Assembly (NCBI RefSeq): GCF_000485595.1
Contig: NW_014577083.1
Coordinates: 854,976-914,211 of the forward strand
Length of the DNA stretch: 59,236 nucleotides
Direction: 5' to 3'
Origin: Priapulus caudatus
Lineage: Eukaryota
The notes under the pieces are model-generated. The model was not told where the DNA came from. It saw only the letters and a program-made list of their open reading frames with translations, and made no database searches. This document shows, one piece after another, positions 1 to 13,059 of this stretch. Every line of letters starts with the position of its first letter. The stretch's first letter is position 1. The translations under genes and the position numbers were made by a program.

Positions 1-1116
1 CACACACATTCGACATACGCGTTTGTAAAGCGTCGGTAAATATATGTTAATCAATGCTTTTTCAGAAGTACTTCGCGCGATTTCGGGCTATCTAAACCAA
101 GTGTTGAAGACTGCGGAGCAGGTTACGCCGCTACAGCGGTGAATCGTAAACCCATGCATGCCGTGTATACTGTAGAGGTCACGCAGGTGGCATTTCACGG
201 CTCGACATATTTGCCGTATTATATATATATGCTCAAAATATTCCCAGGAAATGATTACGCCAATTTATAGTCGTTGAGAGAATATCTGTAAGTTTGTGAA
301 AACGCGAGAGGCAAGCTCTGATATATATATAATATTTATATATATATTCTTTGAGCAAAGCACATTCCTACACTGCATTACATTAGTTGAATTGCGTCCA
401 ATCAAACATCCGCGAAAATATATAGCCCAAACCTAATTTACTGTTCAAATTATGCTAAATTGTATTCCAAGTTCAAAGTAGGTTGCGTGGGAGAGAAGTA
501 ATGGAGTGGGAATAAAAGAGATGATATATATATTATATAATTATATATATATATATATATATATAACATTGCATGTGCACTATCCAACATTTACTCTTAC
601 CTTTGCTCTTTGTAAAGGACACGGTTGCATGAGCACGTATATCGCTGCGGAAACGAATACGCACGCGCGCAGTATACCTAGACGGTGAGGGGAGCAGCAT
701 GATTAGTGACACGTTTTAATTAGACATGCTTTCTGTGAATGCGTTCAGCTTTCACACGCTACTGTTGTATACTATTATTGTTACTTCTCTTGCGTGAACT
801 ATGCATATCGTTTGTTTTTGCTGTGTTCATCTTGATTCAGGAGCAGGTGTACGGATAGTGCCTTAAGTATGTACTATGGCCGCTGCGACATTACCTAGTG
901 CGCTACTACGCCATCTACGCACAGCTCCAGTACATGGGACATGTAATAGTTGTTTTTGGTATAAGATATTTCGCATTTAACATGCATTACTGACTCTAGC
1001 TGCCGATAATTCAACTATATAGATGCAAAACGCTCGCAGGTGACGCCTCCGTGTTGGATTTGCGTCTCTCCGCCGGTCTGTCTTTCAGGCCTGCGTTCGC
1101 ACTGCATGCATAATAT

Positions 1117-1170
1117 CAGGAGTGAATAATAATAGATCTAATAATAATAATCTATTATTATTCACTCCTG
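1117..1170. mobile_element. Palindromic CAGGAG...CTCCTG transposon stub with 7-bp TSD
   Basis: ataatat|caggagtgaataataatagat...atctattattattcactcctg|ataatat. Confidence 0.75.
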
Positions 1171-1254
1171 ATAATATCAATAGCAAAATATATCATAAGG
1201 CTACTCTCATTCATTTTCTGTAATGTTCATCCCTGAGACAGACGATCATGCGTC

Positions 1255-1350
1255 ATGGCCAAACACCGTCCCATAAGGATGCTTTACGTTCTTGCGTTCC
1301 TACGTCTGTTGCCATCTAGCTCTAGTACTATAGCCCCTGAGGCAACAATG
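1255..1350 (+). CDS. Putative MMP exon 1 (signal peptide)
   Basis: MAKHRPIRMLYVLAFLRLLPSSSSTIAPEATM has a basic N-region and hydrophobic core and lies upstream of the prodomain exon. The donor site is not clean, so the end is approximate. Confidence 0.35.
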
Positions 1351-1639
1351 GCTATAGTACTAGCGCTAGTTGCCATCTTGCTCAGGTTTCTATATCAGCA
1401 CCTGATCATGGAATCAACATCAAGATCAAGATCATTATTTGTGCATGCGAAACAAAATGTCATCACATCTTGTAGCACATATAATGCAGTCCGTGGTTTT
1501 ACTTCACCTGTATAAAAATGATAAAAACCGGTTGTGCGATACTAAGCCATTTTACGCTTAGGACCGACAACGTATAAGTGCACATAGCAGTACTAGATAT
1601 ATATTATTGTGGAGCCAAACGACTGCATTTATCCGCGTG

Positions 1640-2385
1640 TGCGTCTCTTTCTCCCTCTCTCTCCTCTCCCTCCCTCTTTCTCTCCCTCTTTCTCTTTAAC
1701 TCACACTCTCACTCACTCTCTCGCTCGCTCTCGCGCTCTCTCTCTCTCTCTCTCTCCCTCTTTCTCTTTCACTCACACTCTCACTCACTCTCTCGCTCGC
1801 TCTCGCGCTCTCTCTCTCTCTCTCTCTCCCTCTTTCTCTTTCACTCACACTCTCACTCACTCTCTCGCTCGCTCTCGCGCTCTCTCTCTCTCTCTCTCTC
1901 CCTCTTTCTCTTTCACTCACACTCTCACTCACTCTCTCGCTCGCTCTCGCGCTCTCTCTCTCTCCCTCTTTCTCTTTCACTCACACTCTCACTCACTCTC
2001 TCGCTCGCTCTCGCGCTCTCTTCCTCTCTCTCTCATCTCTGCTCTCTCTCTTCTCTCGTCTCGTCTCCTCTATCTTCTTCTCTCATCTCTCTCTCGCGCG
2101 CTCTCGTTATTTCTCCTCTCTCTCTCTGCTCTCTCTCTTCTCTCATCTCTCTCTGCTCTAATTTCTCTCTCTCGCTCTCTCTCGCCGGCGCGCTCTCGTC
2201 TCTCTCTCTCGTTCTCCTCTTTTTTCAGCCTCTCTCGCTCTTTCTCCCTTGGTTCTCTTTTCTGATCGTTCTCTCATCTCTCTCTCTCTCTCTCCTGCGG
2301 CGCAGCGCTCTCTCTTCTCTCTCTTCGCTCTCGTCTCTCTCTCGTCTCCTCTCCTCTCTCTTCTCTTCTCCTCGATCATTCTCGT
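1640..2385. repeat. CT-rich compound microsatellite with an ~60-65-bp higher-order unit
   Basis: About 5 copies of ...ccctctttctctttcactcacactctcactcactctctcgctcgctctcgcgctctc, followed by degenerate (CT)n. Confidence 0.9.
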
Positions 2386-2708
2386 AATGTATTAATGCTT
2401 AGTGATCATGCCATTGGCTATAATACATTAGACCGTATGAAGTATTGTAATTGCAACACTGACATCAATACTGTTATTGTTTATAAGTGTGTTACTCTAT
2501 GAGCTATCAATATAATTAGCGCTCGTTTCAATCACCATATTCACGCTCAGGTCGCAGTCGTGGTCTTAATAGCAGGCCCGTCTAAAGATCGGTGCGTCAT
2601 TAATAACAAAGTATAATGCAGTAATGATACAAACAGCACACAGCTCACAAATCTATGCAGAAATGTATAAATGATAAATGACTCCCATGTTCGTTCTTTT
2701 GTACATAG

Positions 2709-2829
2709 GTACCTGCTGCAGTTTGGCTATTTAAAGGCGCCCAGACCGGACGGGCGCATTCCGTGGAGAAGAAGTGCTGAAAGATGGAATCAAAGCTTTC
2801 CAGAGGATGGCTGGAAATTAATCAAACAG
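2709..2829 (+). CDS. MMP exon 2 (prodomain), with indel errors
   Basis: AG/GT-bounded. Reads YLLQFGYLKAP...EEVLKDGIKAFQRMAG(I)NQTG across frameshifts, matching the MMP prodomain pattern YLxxFGYL...FQ...G...TG. Confidence 0.8.
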
Positions 2830-3223
2830 GTAGTTGACCTTATAAAGCATGTGCGTGTTCCGATGGTGCATATGTTCCTCGTTCTATCCGTACATGGGTT
2901 CTTTATTTCATGGGAAAACTCAACAGCAGCTCTTTTTTGTGAAGTTGCGTATTTCTCATGACCAGACGCATTGTCTATCGTATCAGGGGTGAATAATGAC
3001 AAATGGTCTTAAAACTCCTGAATTGACTATAATATATATATAGGCAGACACGTTGCGTACGCATGGCCCACGACGTACGTTACATATATGACAACTAAAC
3101 TCACATGACAACTGACAAACAAACATAATGAAGTGGGCCTCGTAACAGGCACGTTTTCTAGCACCATTCGGTGAATGTGCTGACTCAGCATTGTAACTCT
3201 CCCGTTTATTTATCTCTCTCTCG

Positions 3224-3263
<40 letters not shown>

Positions 3264-3455
3264 TCTTCGCTCTCTCTCTCGTCCTTTCCTCTCTCTCGTC
3301 TCTCTCTCTCTTCTCTCCGTCTTTCTCTCTGGCTCCCTCTCGTCATCTCTCTCTCTCTCCTTCTCTCTCTTCTCTCCTCCTCTCCATCTCGTCGTCATTC
3401 TCTCTTCTTGTTCCCGACTCTTTCTTCTCTCTCTCTCACTCTTTCCTCCGTCTCA

Positions 3456-3480
3456 NNNNNNNNNNNNNNNNNNNNNNNNN
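3456..3480. other. Assembly gap (25 N); identical 25-N gaps at 16438-16462, 33057-33081 and 47310-47334
   Basis: Counted directly. Confidence 0.99.
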
Positions 3481-6400
3481 AAATCCGAGTACGGCAAAAG
3501 CTAGGCCGTTTTAGAGGCGGATTTCATCTTAAATACGCTCACTATACACAATTACAGCACACACTCACCCTCTTCTGCGTCACTCCGGAGTAAGTGTTTA
3601 TTCTCGCTTGCTCAAAAAAGATGTATCGCAGAGAGGTTCTGCGTTAAATTTCTGCGTGCGTCTCCTCGCTTGTCTCGGTATTCGTCGCAGTCCGCTTCTC
3701 GCATCGTGTCTGTCGTGTCATGTTCGTCTGTGCTGTGGGCTCACAGAGATGAGAGAGAGAAGATCTCGCAGAGCAGAGAGAGCTCGATGTGTCTCTGTTT
3801 CGTGTTGTTGAATGTGACAGCAGAGAAGAGAAAGAGATGCACGAGATTCGAGGAACGGAAGGGAGGGAGGAAGCGGACTGGAAGGGCAGAAAGACGAAGA
3901 GAGAGAGAAAGAGAAAGAGAGAGCAGGAGAGAGAGAGAGAAGAGAGAAGAAGAGAGAGAAAGAGAGAGAGAGAGGAGAAGAGAGAGAGAAGAGAGAGAGA
4001 GAGAGAGAAGAGAGAGAGAGGAAAGAGGAAAGAGAGAGTGCGCAGAGAGAACTAGAGAAGTGTGTGGCGTCCGCTTCTCTCAGCTCTAGCAGGTCTCGTG
4101 TTGTGTGAGTAGAAGACGTATGACACGAGGTCCTTGTAGGTCGCATAGTCCGCTGCCACACCTCCGGAGGGTGCGCAGCGGGGCACGTCTGCGTTCGGTT
4201 CGTATGAATCGACTCTCGTGCGCGGTGTAAACTCCCCTCCTAGAGCTTTTGAAATATAATAACACTAAACTCAATCTACGAATCTTATACTGCGCTCTAG
4301 CCACTCCCATACAATTCTCTTTATTTGAATCATTCCTCCGCTTACTCTAACTCTCTCTCTCTCTCTCTCTCAAATTTCTGTATATATAAGCTACTCATAT
4401 CTTGTACTTGTTGTTCGTTTTCCTATCTCACAACACTTTATCTTCTCCTTCATTTTTAAGCCATTTGGCAAAGACTATTAACATTCTCGATGCTTTACTT
4501 AAACACTGTCCTCTCTGGTACCATATATGTTTCCATATTACTCTATTTCGTCTCTCCTACTCCTCGAGATTCGACTTATTATGGACCTATATAAGGCCGA
4601 CTGAGTCTCTTTGTTTATCATGCTTAGCGCACCTCCCGCCACCCGCAACCACCCCACAGAATGCCCCCTACGAACTACCCCTCTCAGCCTCCCTCTCCCA
4701 ACACCCAGCGAGCACTCACGGTCCCGACTCCGGGGGCTGCTGGGCCGGCATGTTATTATACGCTGCACCGGCCACCGGCAGCCAGCAAATCAACAATGTT
4801 ACAGATCAACCATCGACGTGAGCCACATAAGACAAGTCGCACAAGAACATTAAAACAACAGCACGAGATCGACCCGAACACTAAGCGCAACACCACTCGA
4901 CAGTGGCACTGCGAATTTATCGAGTAGAAACTTCTGAGGCGGAAGTACACCCGGTGGTCACTCGAGATGTTTTGTAGACATGGCTTGTGCCCAGAGTATC
5001 GTTGGATCATAAACAGATAACTGTTATCTAGTGGTTCGCCTACACATTGGCGCGAGCCTCTCAACCTAAGTAAGCGCTCAGACCTCTTAATGAACATCCT
5101 CTCATTTCTCCCGAGCTCTCTCACTCAATAGCGCGCAGCATATCCGCGATATACTCTGTTTAGCAGCCAGCTGATATAGCCATGAGATATATAGTACCAA
5201 CTAACCCTATCTCATTTTCCCTAGCCTCGGCCATTCGCATCTAACCGACATAAATTACACACTGTTACACCCCACATTACCCTTGTAAACAGCAACTTTC
5301 TCACTCACGCAGACACACTCTTTATGGCCGCCCTATGTAAAAACAGTCCCGCGCGACACGGCCCGCAGTCCGCCGCGGCTCCGCCCTTCCCGCCGCGCGA
5401 CCAAGCCCCTTCGGACGCCCTTGCACACACACACCGCCTACACACCAACAACCACCAACCCATTCCCCCTCCCTGCCCCACCGCTTGCCCCTCACCCCAC
5501 CCTTCCCCACACCAAAATCAGCAACACCAACCACCCAAGCGTCTCACTTATCACTACCTCCCTCGCCGAGGCAACGATGATGAAGCACAAAAATTCGGGT
5601 ATTTGGTACATGTCGCGCACTGCTACTCCCCTTTCACGACCAGCACGCTCACAACACTTCTCAAACATCGCCCTCTTCCCCCCGCGACGCCAGCGCACCA
5701 TCGACGCACATACACTAAGCCAGCTGTTATACTTACCCTTTCCCCCCTCACCCCACCCTTCCCCCCTACACGCACACTAGTTATTATCCAATGACAGCGA
5801 GTCTAAGTGTTTCTACCACGCTAAATTCGTTCAACTTTGTCTCAGCAGCAGTGGCGCATTAAAACACTACAACTGTTAACTGTACTGTAAACTGTACTTC
5901 CGTAATGGTAGACTGTAGTGTACTGTACTGGGGCACTGTACCTCCACGTACAACTCGTACTGTCAGTGTACTGTAGTGAACTGTCACTTGCTGGGCAAGC
6001 TTGTACAACCTCACCATGTATGACGGGACTAACTGCAGCGCTCTCCATAACCATGACCTACGCTCGTTTCACTCTCCTCGTCTCTCTTCACCCGCCGCGT
6101 CTTTTGCTTCATCTTTTTAACATACTCTTTCTGCGCAGCCTAGTCTATACGTTGCGCCCCAGGCGACGCAGGCGGTTAAGCGTGATAGGCGCGTGCGGAC
6201 GACTGCTCACCCCACCCTTCGCCCTCACGCGCGGAGAGCATCTGCATGTAGTAGCAAATGTACCCAGTAGCAACTATGGTTACATAGTAGAGCTGGCTTC
6301 GTGCTTCTGGTTTCCTAACCTTTCCCTTATGCGTCCGGGCCTCCTGACACGGCGGCACTGCGCTGCGGTGTGTCGTTGCTGTGTGTTGTGTTTTTTGTAT

Positions 6401-8466
6401 ACTAACGGTTTCACAAGGCTTAACTAAACACGACGGTTGTGCGCGGATGTGGAGGCGTATAAGCTGTGAGCGAAGCAGAGATCTCGCATCGGGTTGGCAC
6501 AGCTCGTTTTTAACACGTGTCCTTTAATTAAGGTAACCACAGAGAGCTAGCAAGGACAGAAGCAACCACGCAGCAACAGTAGCCCAGCCGCTCAACAGTG
6601 CAGCAACAGTAGCAGGGCAGCAGCCCCAAGCAGCCACTGCACAGCTCTGACCAGCTATGGCCAGCGAGGCCTCTCCTCCCCTAGCTCCCCCTCCACCAGG
6701 CCCTCTACAGCAGCCAACAGCTCATAGCTACGCAGCAGCAGCAGTACTAGCTCAGCAGCGGAGCAAGACAGTGTAGCGCAGCAAGGGAGCGAAGGTTAGG
6801 AGAGCTGTGAGCTTCAGCAGGCAGCAGAGCCGCATGCACTACACGCAACACGGCGCATAGCATGAACAGCGGAGGTTAAAGCGAGCACCAACAGCCGCAA
6901 GCCGGCGGCAGCCACGCAGCCGACAGCTAGACAGCAGCACACGCAAGCACAGCCCAGGCATCAGTCGCGCGCGACAGCTAGCCCACGCAGCCAGGCAGCT
7001 GCGACAGTAATCACGCACACCCTACAGCGCCATCACGAGCGACAGTTGCACACCGCATAGCACAAGCAGGCAACAACCTGCCGGCCCTCTCTTAATCTAC
7101 GTAGTCAGGATGCCCGAGCAGACGAGCAATGTTAGGTCGAAATGGACAGTGTGATATGAGATACTGGGAGCGAGCTAGGAAGCACCGGTAGGTGACGTCT
7201 TTCAACAGCGAGCCTAGGACGTAACGCAAAGTCAGAAAGTAAGCAACTAAAAGCACCCCACCACCTCCGACCATCCGCTGCCGGCACCAGCCCTCCTCCT
7301 CCACACTCAACCCGCGAGACCATTCCATGCACCCTTACCGCACCTAATCATTGGCGACACTAACGTTTTCTGGACAGAGTCCGATTCCGGCCAACTACTT
7401 TGCAAGCATGTACAGCCTCATGACTGACACTCTTACCATGTGTTTCACTATTCAAACACCCGTGACTGCGCAGATGGTAGCGATAGGAAGGTGAGGACGA
7501 GTATACAGTAAGTGAAAAGAGCTCAGCCTAAGTGGCGTCACAATCTCACACGACGACAAGACTATGAGCGCTATTGAGTTAACACAAACCACTTGCAGAC
7601 TTGAGCCCACCAATTAGCCGACCAGACGCTCTTTCATCTTACATCATTCTCCCTGCCAATCACTCACCACATTGCCAGTTGTCTCGCATGCGCATCCCGT
7701 CATTGGGTCGCACCCCGTCGCAAGTATATTCACGTCATTCCATGGTGAGGCCGGAGCGGCCAAAGGGCAAGCATCACACTAGCTAATGCGGCCGCAGCCG
7801 ACAATACACCTTGGCCGCCAGTGGTGACTCCTTACACATAGATTGGATGTCGCTCGAACCCACTCTAGTAGCACAAAGCACACACCAAACACATGACCTG
7901 TTTTCCAACACTCTTTCAGTCGTCTACGGCAAGTAGCAGTCACTCTGACGCCACTGGCCTATCCACATCTGACCTTATCCTCAGCCTTTCTTTCCTGCGT
8001 TCTCTACTCCCATCCTCATCTTCCTGGCCTCTCCCCTCACATTCTCGCCTCGTGCACTGTCCTTTCGTCTCTCCCTCTCCGTCTTCCATACTCTCACTCC
8101 TACACACACCCTTTCTCTATTTCACCTACGCACACCATGCTTCTATGCCTCTCCTTTCATCTCCTCCAACGCTCCCTCCTCACTACCTCGACAGACACCA
8201 CCTCGTGTTGCCAGAGCTCTGTGTTAATAAGTGGTAATCTCACCGAGGCAAACATGGCGGTACCTGCCTGCTTTTTAGTTTAGAGTCCCTTTAAGAGAGA
8301 GGTGCCTCTATATAAGGGACTGCTACTTTTAGTCTAATCGCCGCGAATAATTCCGATCAAGTATTCCTTCAACAATTATGTTGTTCGTCCGTAGATTCAA
8401 CGACATACAAACTACGTCTAATATGTTTATTTATTTGTAGCGAAATCGTACAATCCGTCACGGCTT

Positions 8467-8930
8467 CACACACAATTACACACAACACACAACATCAACA
8501 CCCGGCGCGCGCCACACACCACATCAGTACACACACATACACACACACTACAGACCACACACACACACACCCCACACCAGCACACATAATCACACACATC
8601 AGCCACACACGCGCGCGCGCGCAACTCACACACTCCACAGGCCACACACCGCGCGCAGCGCCCCGCAGCACACACACAGCACATGCACACACAATATATT
8701 ACACACACACACACACCACACACAACACACAAACACCCACCACAAACAGCACACACATACACACACGACACACATAACACCACACACACAACATGACCAC
8801 ACACACACAACCACAACACACACTACACACACATCACACACACACATACACATACAACACACCACTCACACACACGACACACCACCAGCCACACACACAC
8901 ACTAACGCGCGCGCGCGCATACACACACAC
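8467..8930. repeat. Degenerate (CA)n microsatellite
   Basis: Visible CA-rich tract. Similar tracts lie at 9640-9760, 21130-21440, 27190-27535, 28355-28745 and 47040-47270. Confidence 0.9.
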
Positions 8931-9669
8931 GCTAATCAGAAAAAATTGTAATTCCATCAACGAATTATCCGGATCATTTTTCACGTAGATAGATGGCGCG
9001 CTGTGCAGCCGCCTTCCGGCGCGGGACGTCCCTCTCGACAGCGGTCGTTAACGCATGCGCATTAACGTTCAGAATACGCGCAGACGAAACCACACCCGCG
9101 AAAAACAACATGTTCCCCGCTGACCAGACGGGAGCAGACGCCCAATGTCACATTGTGACGTCACGCCGACGCTAGCGCCACCGCGTGGCGGGTGTGGGAA
9201 GCTCGCGTCTGCTGCTATTGCGTAAGATCGGCCGAGTCACTACAGCCGAAGCCGTAATATATCAGTTGATTACGCAATGCGGCAATATATTACAATATAT
9301 TACTATAATTAAATAAGCGGGATTACAGCGTATAATCATCAACTAAGCAGTAATTTATTGCGATCGTTAATTAAGCGACATTGTTTTCTAATCATCAACT
9401 AAACAGAAATATATTACTATCGTTAGGGCTAAGCACCACTACGCGAGCGAGAAACAAATTTTCGCCCAATCATTAATCTTTGCGCGGCTTCGCTACTCAC
9501 ATGGGATCAACCTAATGCGATGACGTAATCATCATGCATGACGTAGCATGTGGTTAATGTGTTCTATCCAGGTGTGTTAGGTACGCTTGTCGTTTTAGCA
9601 ATCAACAACGACGGAGTGTGAGCTTGAAACAATGATGCACGAACACACACACGCCTGCACGCACGCGCA

Positions 9670-9701
<32 letters not shown>

Positions 9702-10455
9702 CACACGCACACACACGCACGCACACACACACGCACACACACAAACACACACACACACATACCGGGAGAAAGGGGGCGCGAGAATAAAAGGGAGCGATGT
9801 AAAAAAAAAGACACGCAGAGAGATGCATGTGGAAGAAAGATAAAGAGCGGCACTTAATGAAGTGGTGGAAGAGGATAAAGCCCGGCACACATGCGGTGGA
9901 ACTTGTTGCGCGAACTAAGTTCCACTAGTGGAAAGTGGCGCAGCAAGTTCTACAGCGTGTGCGGATGCAATAATCCTTCGATCTGGGGCGTGTGGATTCA
10001 CAGTGTTTGATATTTTCAAGAGTACATAATAGAGATTAATGAGAGAATATAATCTCTATTATGCATCCAAATTGGCGCACCAAGTTCCACAGCGTGTGCG
10101 GCGGGCTTAAGAATTTGTAAGAACGTTTACTACGGATTTAATAAGGGGTTCCTCTTCGTTCTTCATAATTGCGTGATTGCGCAATTGCTTGGATTAAGGC
10201 GTAGCTGTGTCATGCATGGTTATTGTACCTGGAGCCCGCGCGCACGCTCGAGATGTCGACGAGCTAGCGGGCACGTCACCCGTGCAACCATTTCGCGTTT
10301 CTCAAAACGCTGAAATTTTGTAATAACTTGTTTGAATCGTGAACGCGTAGCACTATGATGTCGTCTATATAGCTTCTAATCTCATAACACGTGGCCATCG
10401 ATTAAATGGTATATATTAGGTTATGTGTAGTTGCGATATATTTATATATATATAT

Positions 10456-10494
10456 CAGGAGTAAATAATCACAATATGTGATTATTTACTCCCG
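10456..10494. mobile_element. Palindromic CAGGAG-family stub
   Basis: caggagtaaataatcaca-ata-tgtgattatttactcccg; flanks are microsatellite and the TSD is not resolvable. Also present in the duplicated blocks near 16413 and 27151. Confidence 0.55.
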
Positions 10495-11284
10495 ATGTGT
10501 GTGTGTGCGTGTGTGCGTGTGTGATCTCTTTCTCTCTCTCCCTCTCTCTCCGTACACACGGTCTCCTTCTCTGTCATGCCCCGGGCATATTGGTTTATAT
10601 GCATGGCCTGCATACCGGTTTATAGCACAGCGTTACCCCGGATTTTAGCTTACCGGCTGGCCTCGCCATCTTTGTTAAAAGTAACTTGTAAACTCTTCCA
10701 CGACTTACCTCCATAGACTCCAAGATTCCCTCCTACAAGGCTAGCTTGCATTCGTTGTGTCTCGATCTACGTAATACATTGCAATTACCGATTTTTAACG
10801 AACCTTGCTTAATTTAGAGTCTCTCCCCCTTCTCGTTCTCACAGTTTATGTTGAGGGCCAAAATTGCCCTAATATTTCGGCTTGCAGTAAAGATATTGTT
10901 GGTCGCCCGCCTGCTTCTCTAGCGTTTATGAATATTTACAGGTCTTCTTATTAATGTCTCTTAAAGCGACAGTGATGCATTGATCACGTATATCTAATAT
11001 TTCGTTAACATCGCCACGCGTATACGTTACTCCAGTTAACTGAAACCGGAAGCCTATACACCCCACCACTGCTCACAAAGTATAAGAATGACCATTAGTC
11101 AAATAGATTGATATCTAGTACAGACATCCCGACGGTGAAAATACACACAACCTTGCGAATGTAGGATTAGAGCTACTGTTAGAATTTGATACATTTAGAT
11201 GTGTTCAATCTTTTTAAACACCATAGATGCACAAGCGCACATAGGTATATGTGCGCTGTCCGTAATTGCTTTCTTTTCTCTTAG

Positions 11285-11398
11285 GAACGCTAGATGATGA
11301 GACATTGGTGTGGATGAACTATCCACGATGTGGTGTAGCTGACGTGTCCGGTACTAGCGACCCGAACGTAGCAAGGAAGAAGCGATACGCCCTGCAAG
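11285..11398 (+). CDS. MMP exon 3 (cysteine switch and furin site)
   Basis: ttag|GA...CAAG|gtaag; GTLDDETLVWMNYPRCGVADVSGTSDPNVARKKRYALQ. Confidence 0.95.
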
Positions 11399-12046
11399 GT
11401 AAGCCGCTTATCAATAATATATCTATATAGTATATCTAATACAAATATATAATAAATATTGATTATCAATAATACTGAAGATTTCTTAATTTTTTTAATT
11501 TAATTACTTTTAATTCTTCTTATTCTTATTCTTTTTCGTGATTATAATTGTTATTCATAATTCTATTTTTCTTTTATGTACTTATTTTAACGAAACTCGA
11601 ATAACTCGGTCGATTCATCATCATTCCAGGCGTGGTTATTTCTTTCAGAGTTATTTGATTACAATTTGTCGGTTGGGATATATCCTACTATAATAATAAT
11701 AGAAAATCCTACTAGACTTGTTGCAAAATACAGGCTGTATTTTAAACCACGGACGGCTACAGTGCGATGAATAAAATTATCTAAATAATAGAAAATAAAA
11801 AAGCAGATTCATTTTAATCTAGCGCTTTGTAGACTCTATACGCGCAATCTGTTTGCATATGCGTTGATAACTTTGTTTCGTTATATTTGGTGCCAACTAG
11901 AATTCCATTTAGCACGTTCGTACTCATGCAAATTGTATACATGTCGTGTTCCCACAAGTGATTGTTAGTACGATTGATAGATGCACTCGGTGATAATGCG
12001 CATCTTTATGACCGTGGTCTAACGATTTTTGTTATATCTTGTTTAG

Positions 12047-12147
12047 GTAGTAAATGGTCTGGCCACGAGATCTCATACTATGTTACAAAGTACACACTCG
12101 ATTTAACAACCGAAAAAGTCGATCGAGAAATGGCAAAAGCATTTAAG
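12047..12147 (+). CDS. MMP exon 4 (start of catalytic domain)
   Basis: AG/GT-bounded and phase-compatible; GSKWSGHEISYYVTKYTLDLTTEKVDREMAKAFK. Confidence 0.93.
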
Positions 12148-12425
12148 GTACCTATATGTAGTTAACAGCAGCAACGACTGTGACGATGACTATGGTGAAT
12201 ACGATAGCTGTGACGCTGATAGTGGTGATTGTGTAGGAGGTGATAGTACTTATGGACACGCTGATATTAGTAGCGTTGACTATTTCGGCAGTAAAAGTCA
12301 CACTAGCGACTTCATGATGAATCTTTTTCAACCGACACAAGGACTGTCTCTAACCCGTACACACTCATACTGGTTAAATAATACTGTGTAGAATACGGTC
12401 ACCTATATAGACGCTTGAATTGCAG

Positions 12426-12627
12426 GTGTGGGCGGACATCACCCCACTCTCATTCGTCACATCTCGCGTTAAACCAGACATCGAAATTCGGTTTGAAAGC
12501 TGGAATCATAAAGATGGCGAGGCGTTCGATGGTCCGGGCAGAACGTTGGCACACGCATTTTTTCCAAAATACGGCGGCGACATGCACTTTGATGATGATG
12601 AGACATGGACCGTTGAGTCATATAGAG
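12426..12627 (+). CDS. MMP exon 5 (catalytic domain, structural Zn/Ca sites)
   Basis: [10 protein letters not shown]...[35 protein letters not shown]; canonical splice sites. Confidence 0.95.
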
Positions 12628-12734
12628 GTATATAATAGAGGATTCCCTCGATAACTGCCACTGTAATAGCAGCCAGGCGGCAGCAGCCAAGAAGTCTATA
12701 AGCAGTCGCAGCATTCATACAAACAAGAGTATGA

Positions 12735-12866
12735 ACATAATAATCATCCTCATCATCCTCCTCTCCCTCATCTCCCTCCTCCTCCTTCTCCTATCATCCT
12801 CCTCCTCATCATCCTATCCTATGAAAGGATCCTATGAATCCTATCCTCCTCCTCCTCCTCATCATT

Positions 12867-12897
<31 letters not shown>

Positions 12898-12953
12898 ACA
12901 ACAACAACGACAATGACAATAACAACAACAACAACAACAACAACAAAGACAAT

Positions 12954-12988
<35 letters not shown>

Positions 12989-13035
12989 AGACAATAACAA
13001 CAACAACAACAACAACAACAATAACACTAATAACA
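12735..13035. repeat. (CCT)n/(CAT)n/(AAC)n trinucleotide tract
   Basis: Visible. (CAT)n also occurs at 31870-31907 and 40103-40262. Confidence 0.9.
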
Positions 13036-13059
13036 CTGCCAGCAAGATACCCCTGCCAC

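Noticed and set aside
1578..2387. Long S/L-, R/E-, C/V- and H/T-rich ORFs here and at 3171-4161, 8466-8865, 21054-21783, 27173-28895 and 46758-48075
   Set aside because: They are translations of (CT)n, (GA)n and (CA/TG)n microsatellites, with no domain content.
3481..8460. ORFs and strong compositional swings after the first gap
   Set aside because: No recognisable motifs or splice-consistent exons. The pattern suggests very low-quality read sequence, so nothing can be supported.
10025..10063. cataatagagatt...aatctctattatg hairpin as another P-like footprint
   Set aside because: It has CA..TG ends but no matching TSD and a different terminal sequence, so support is insufficient.
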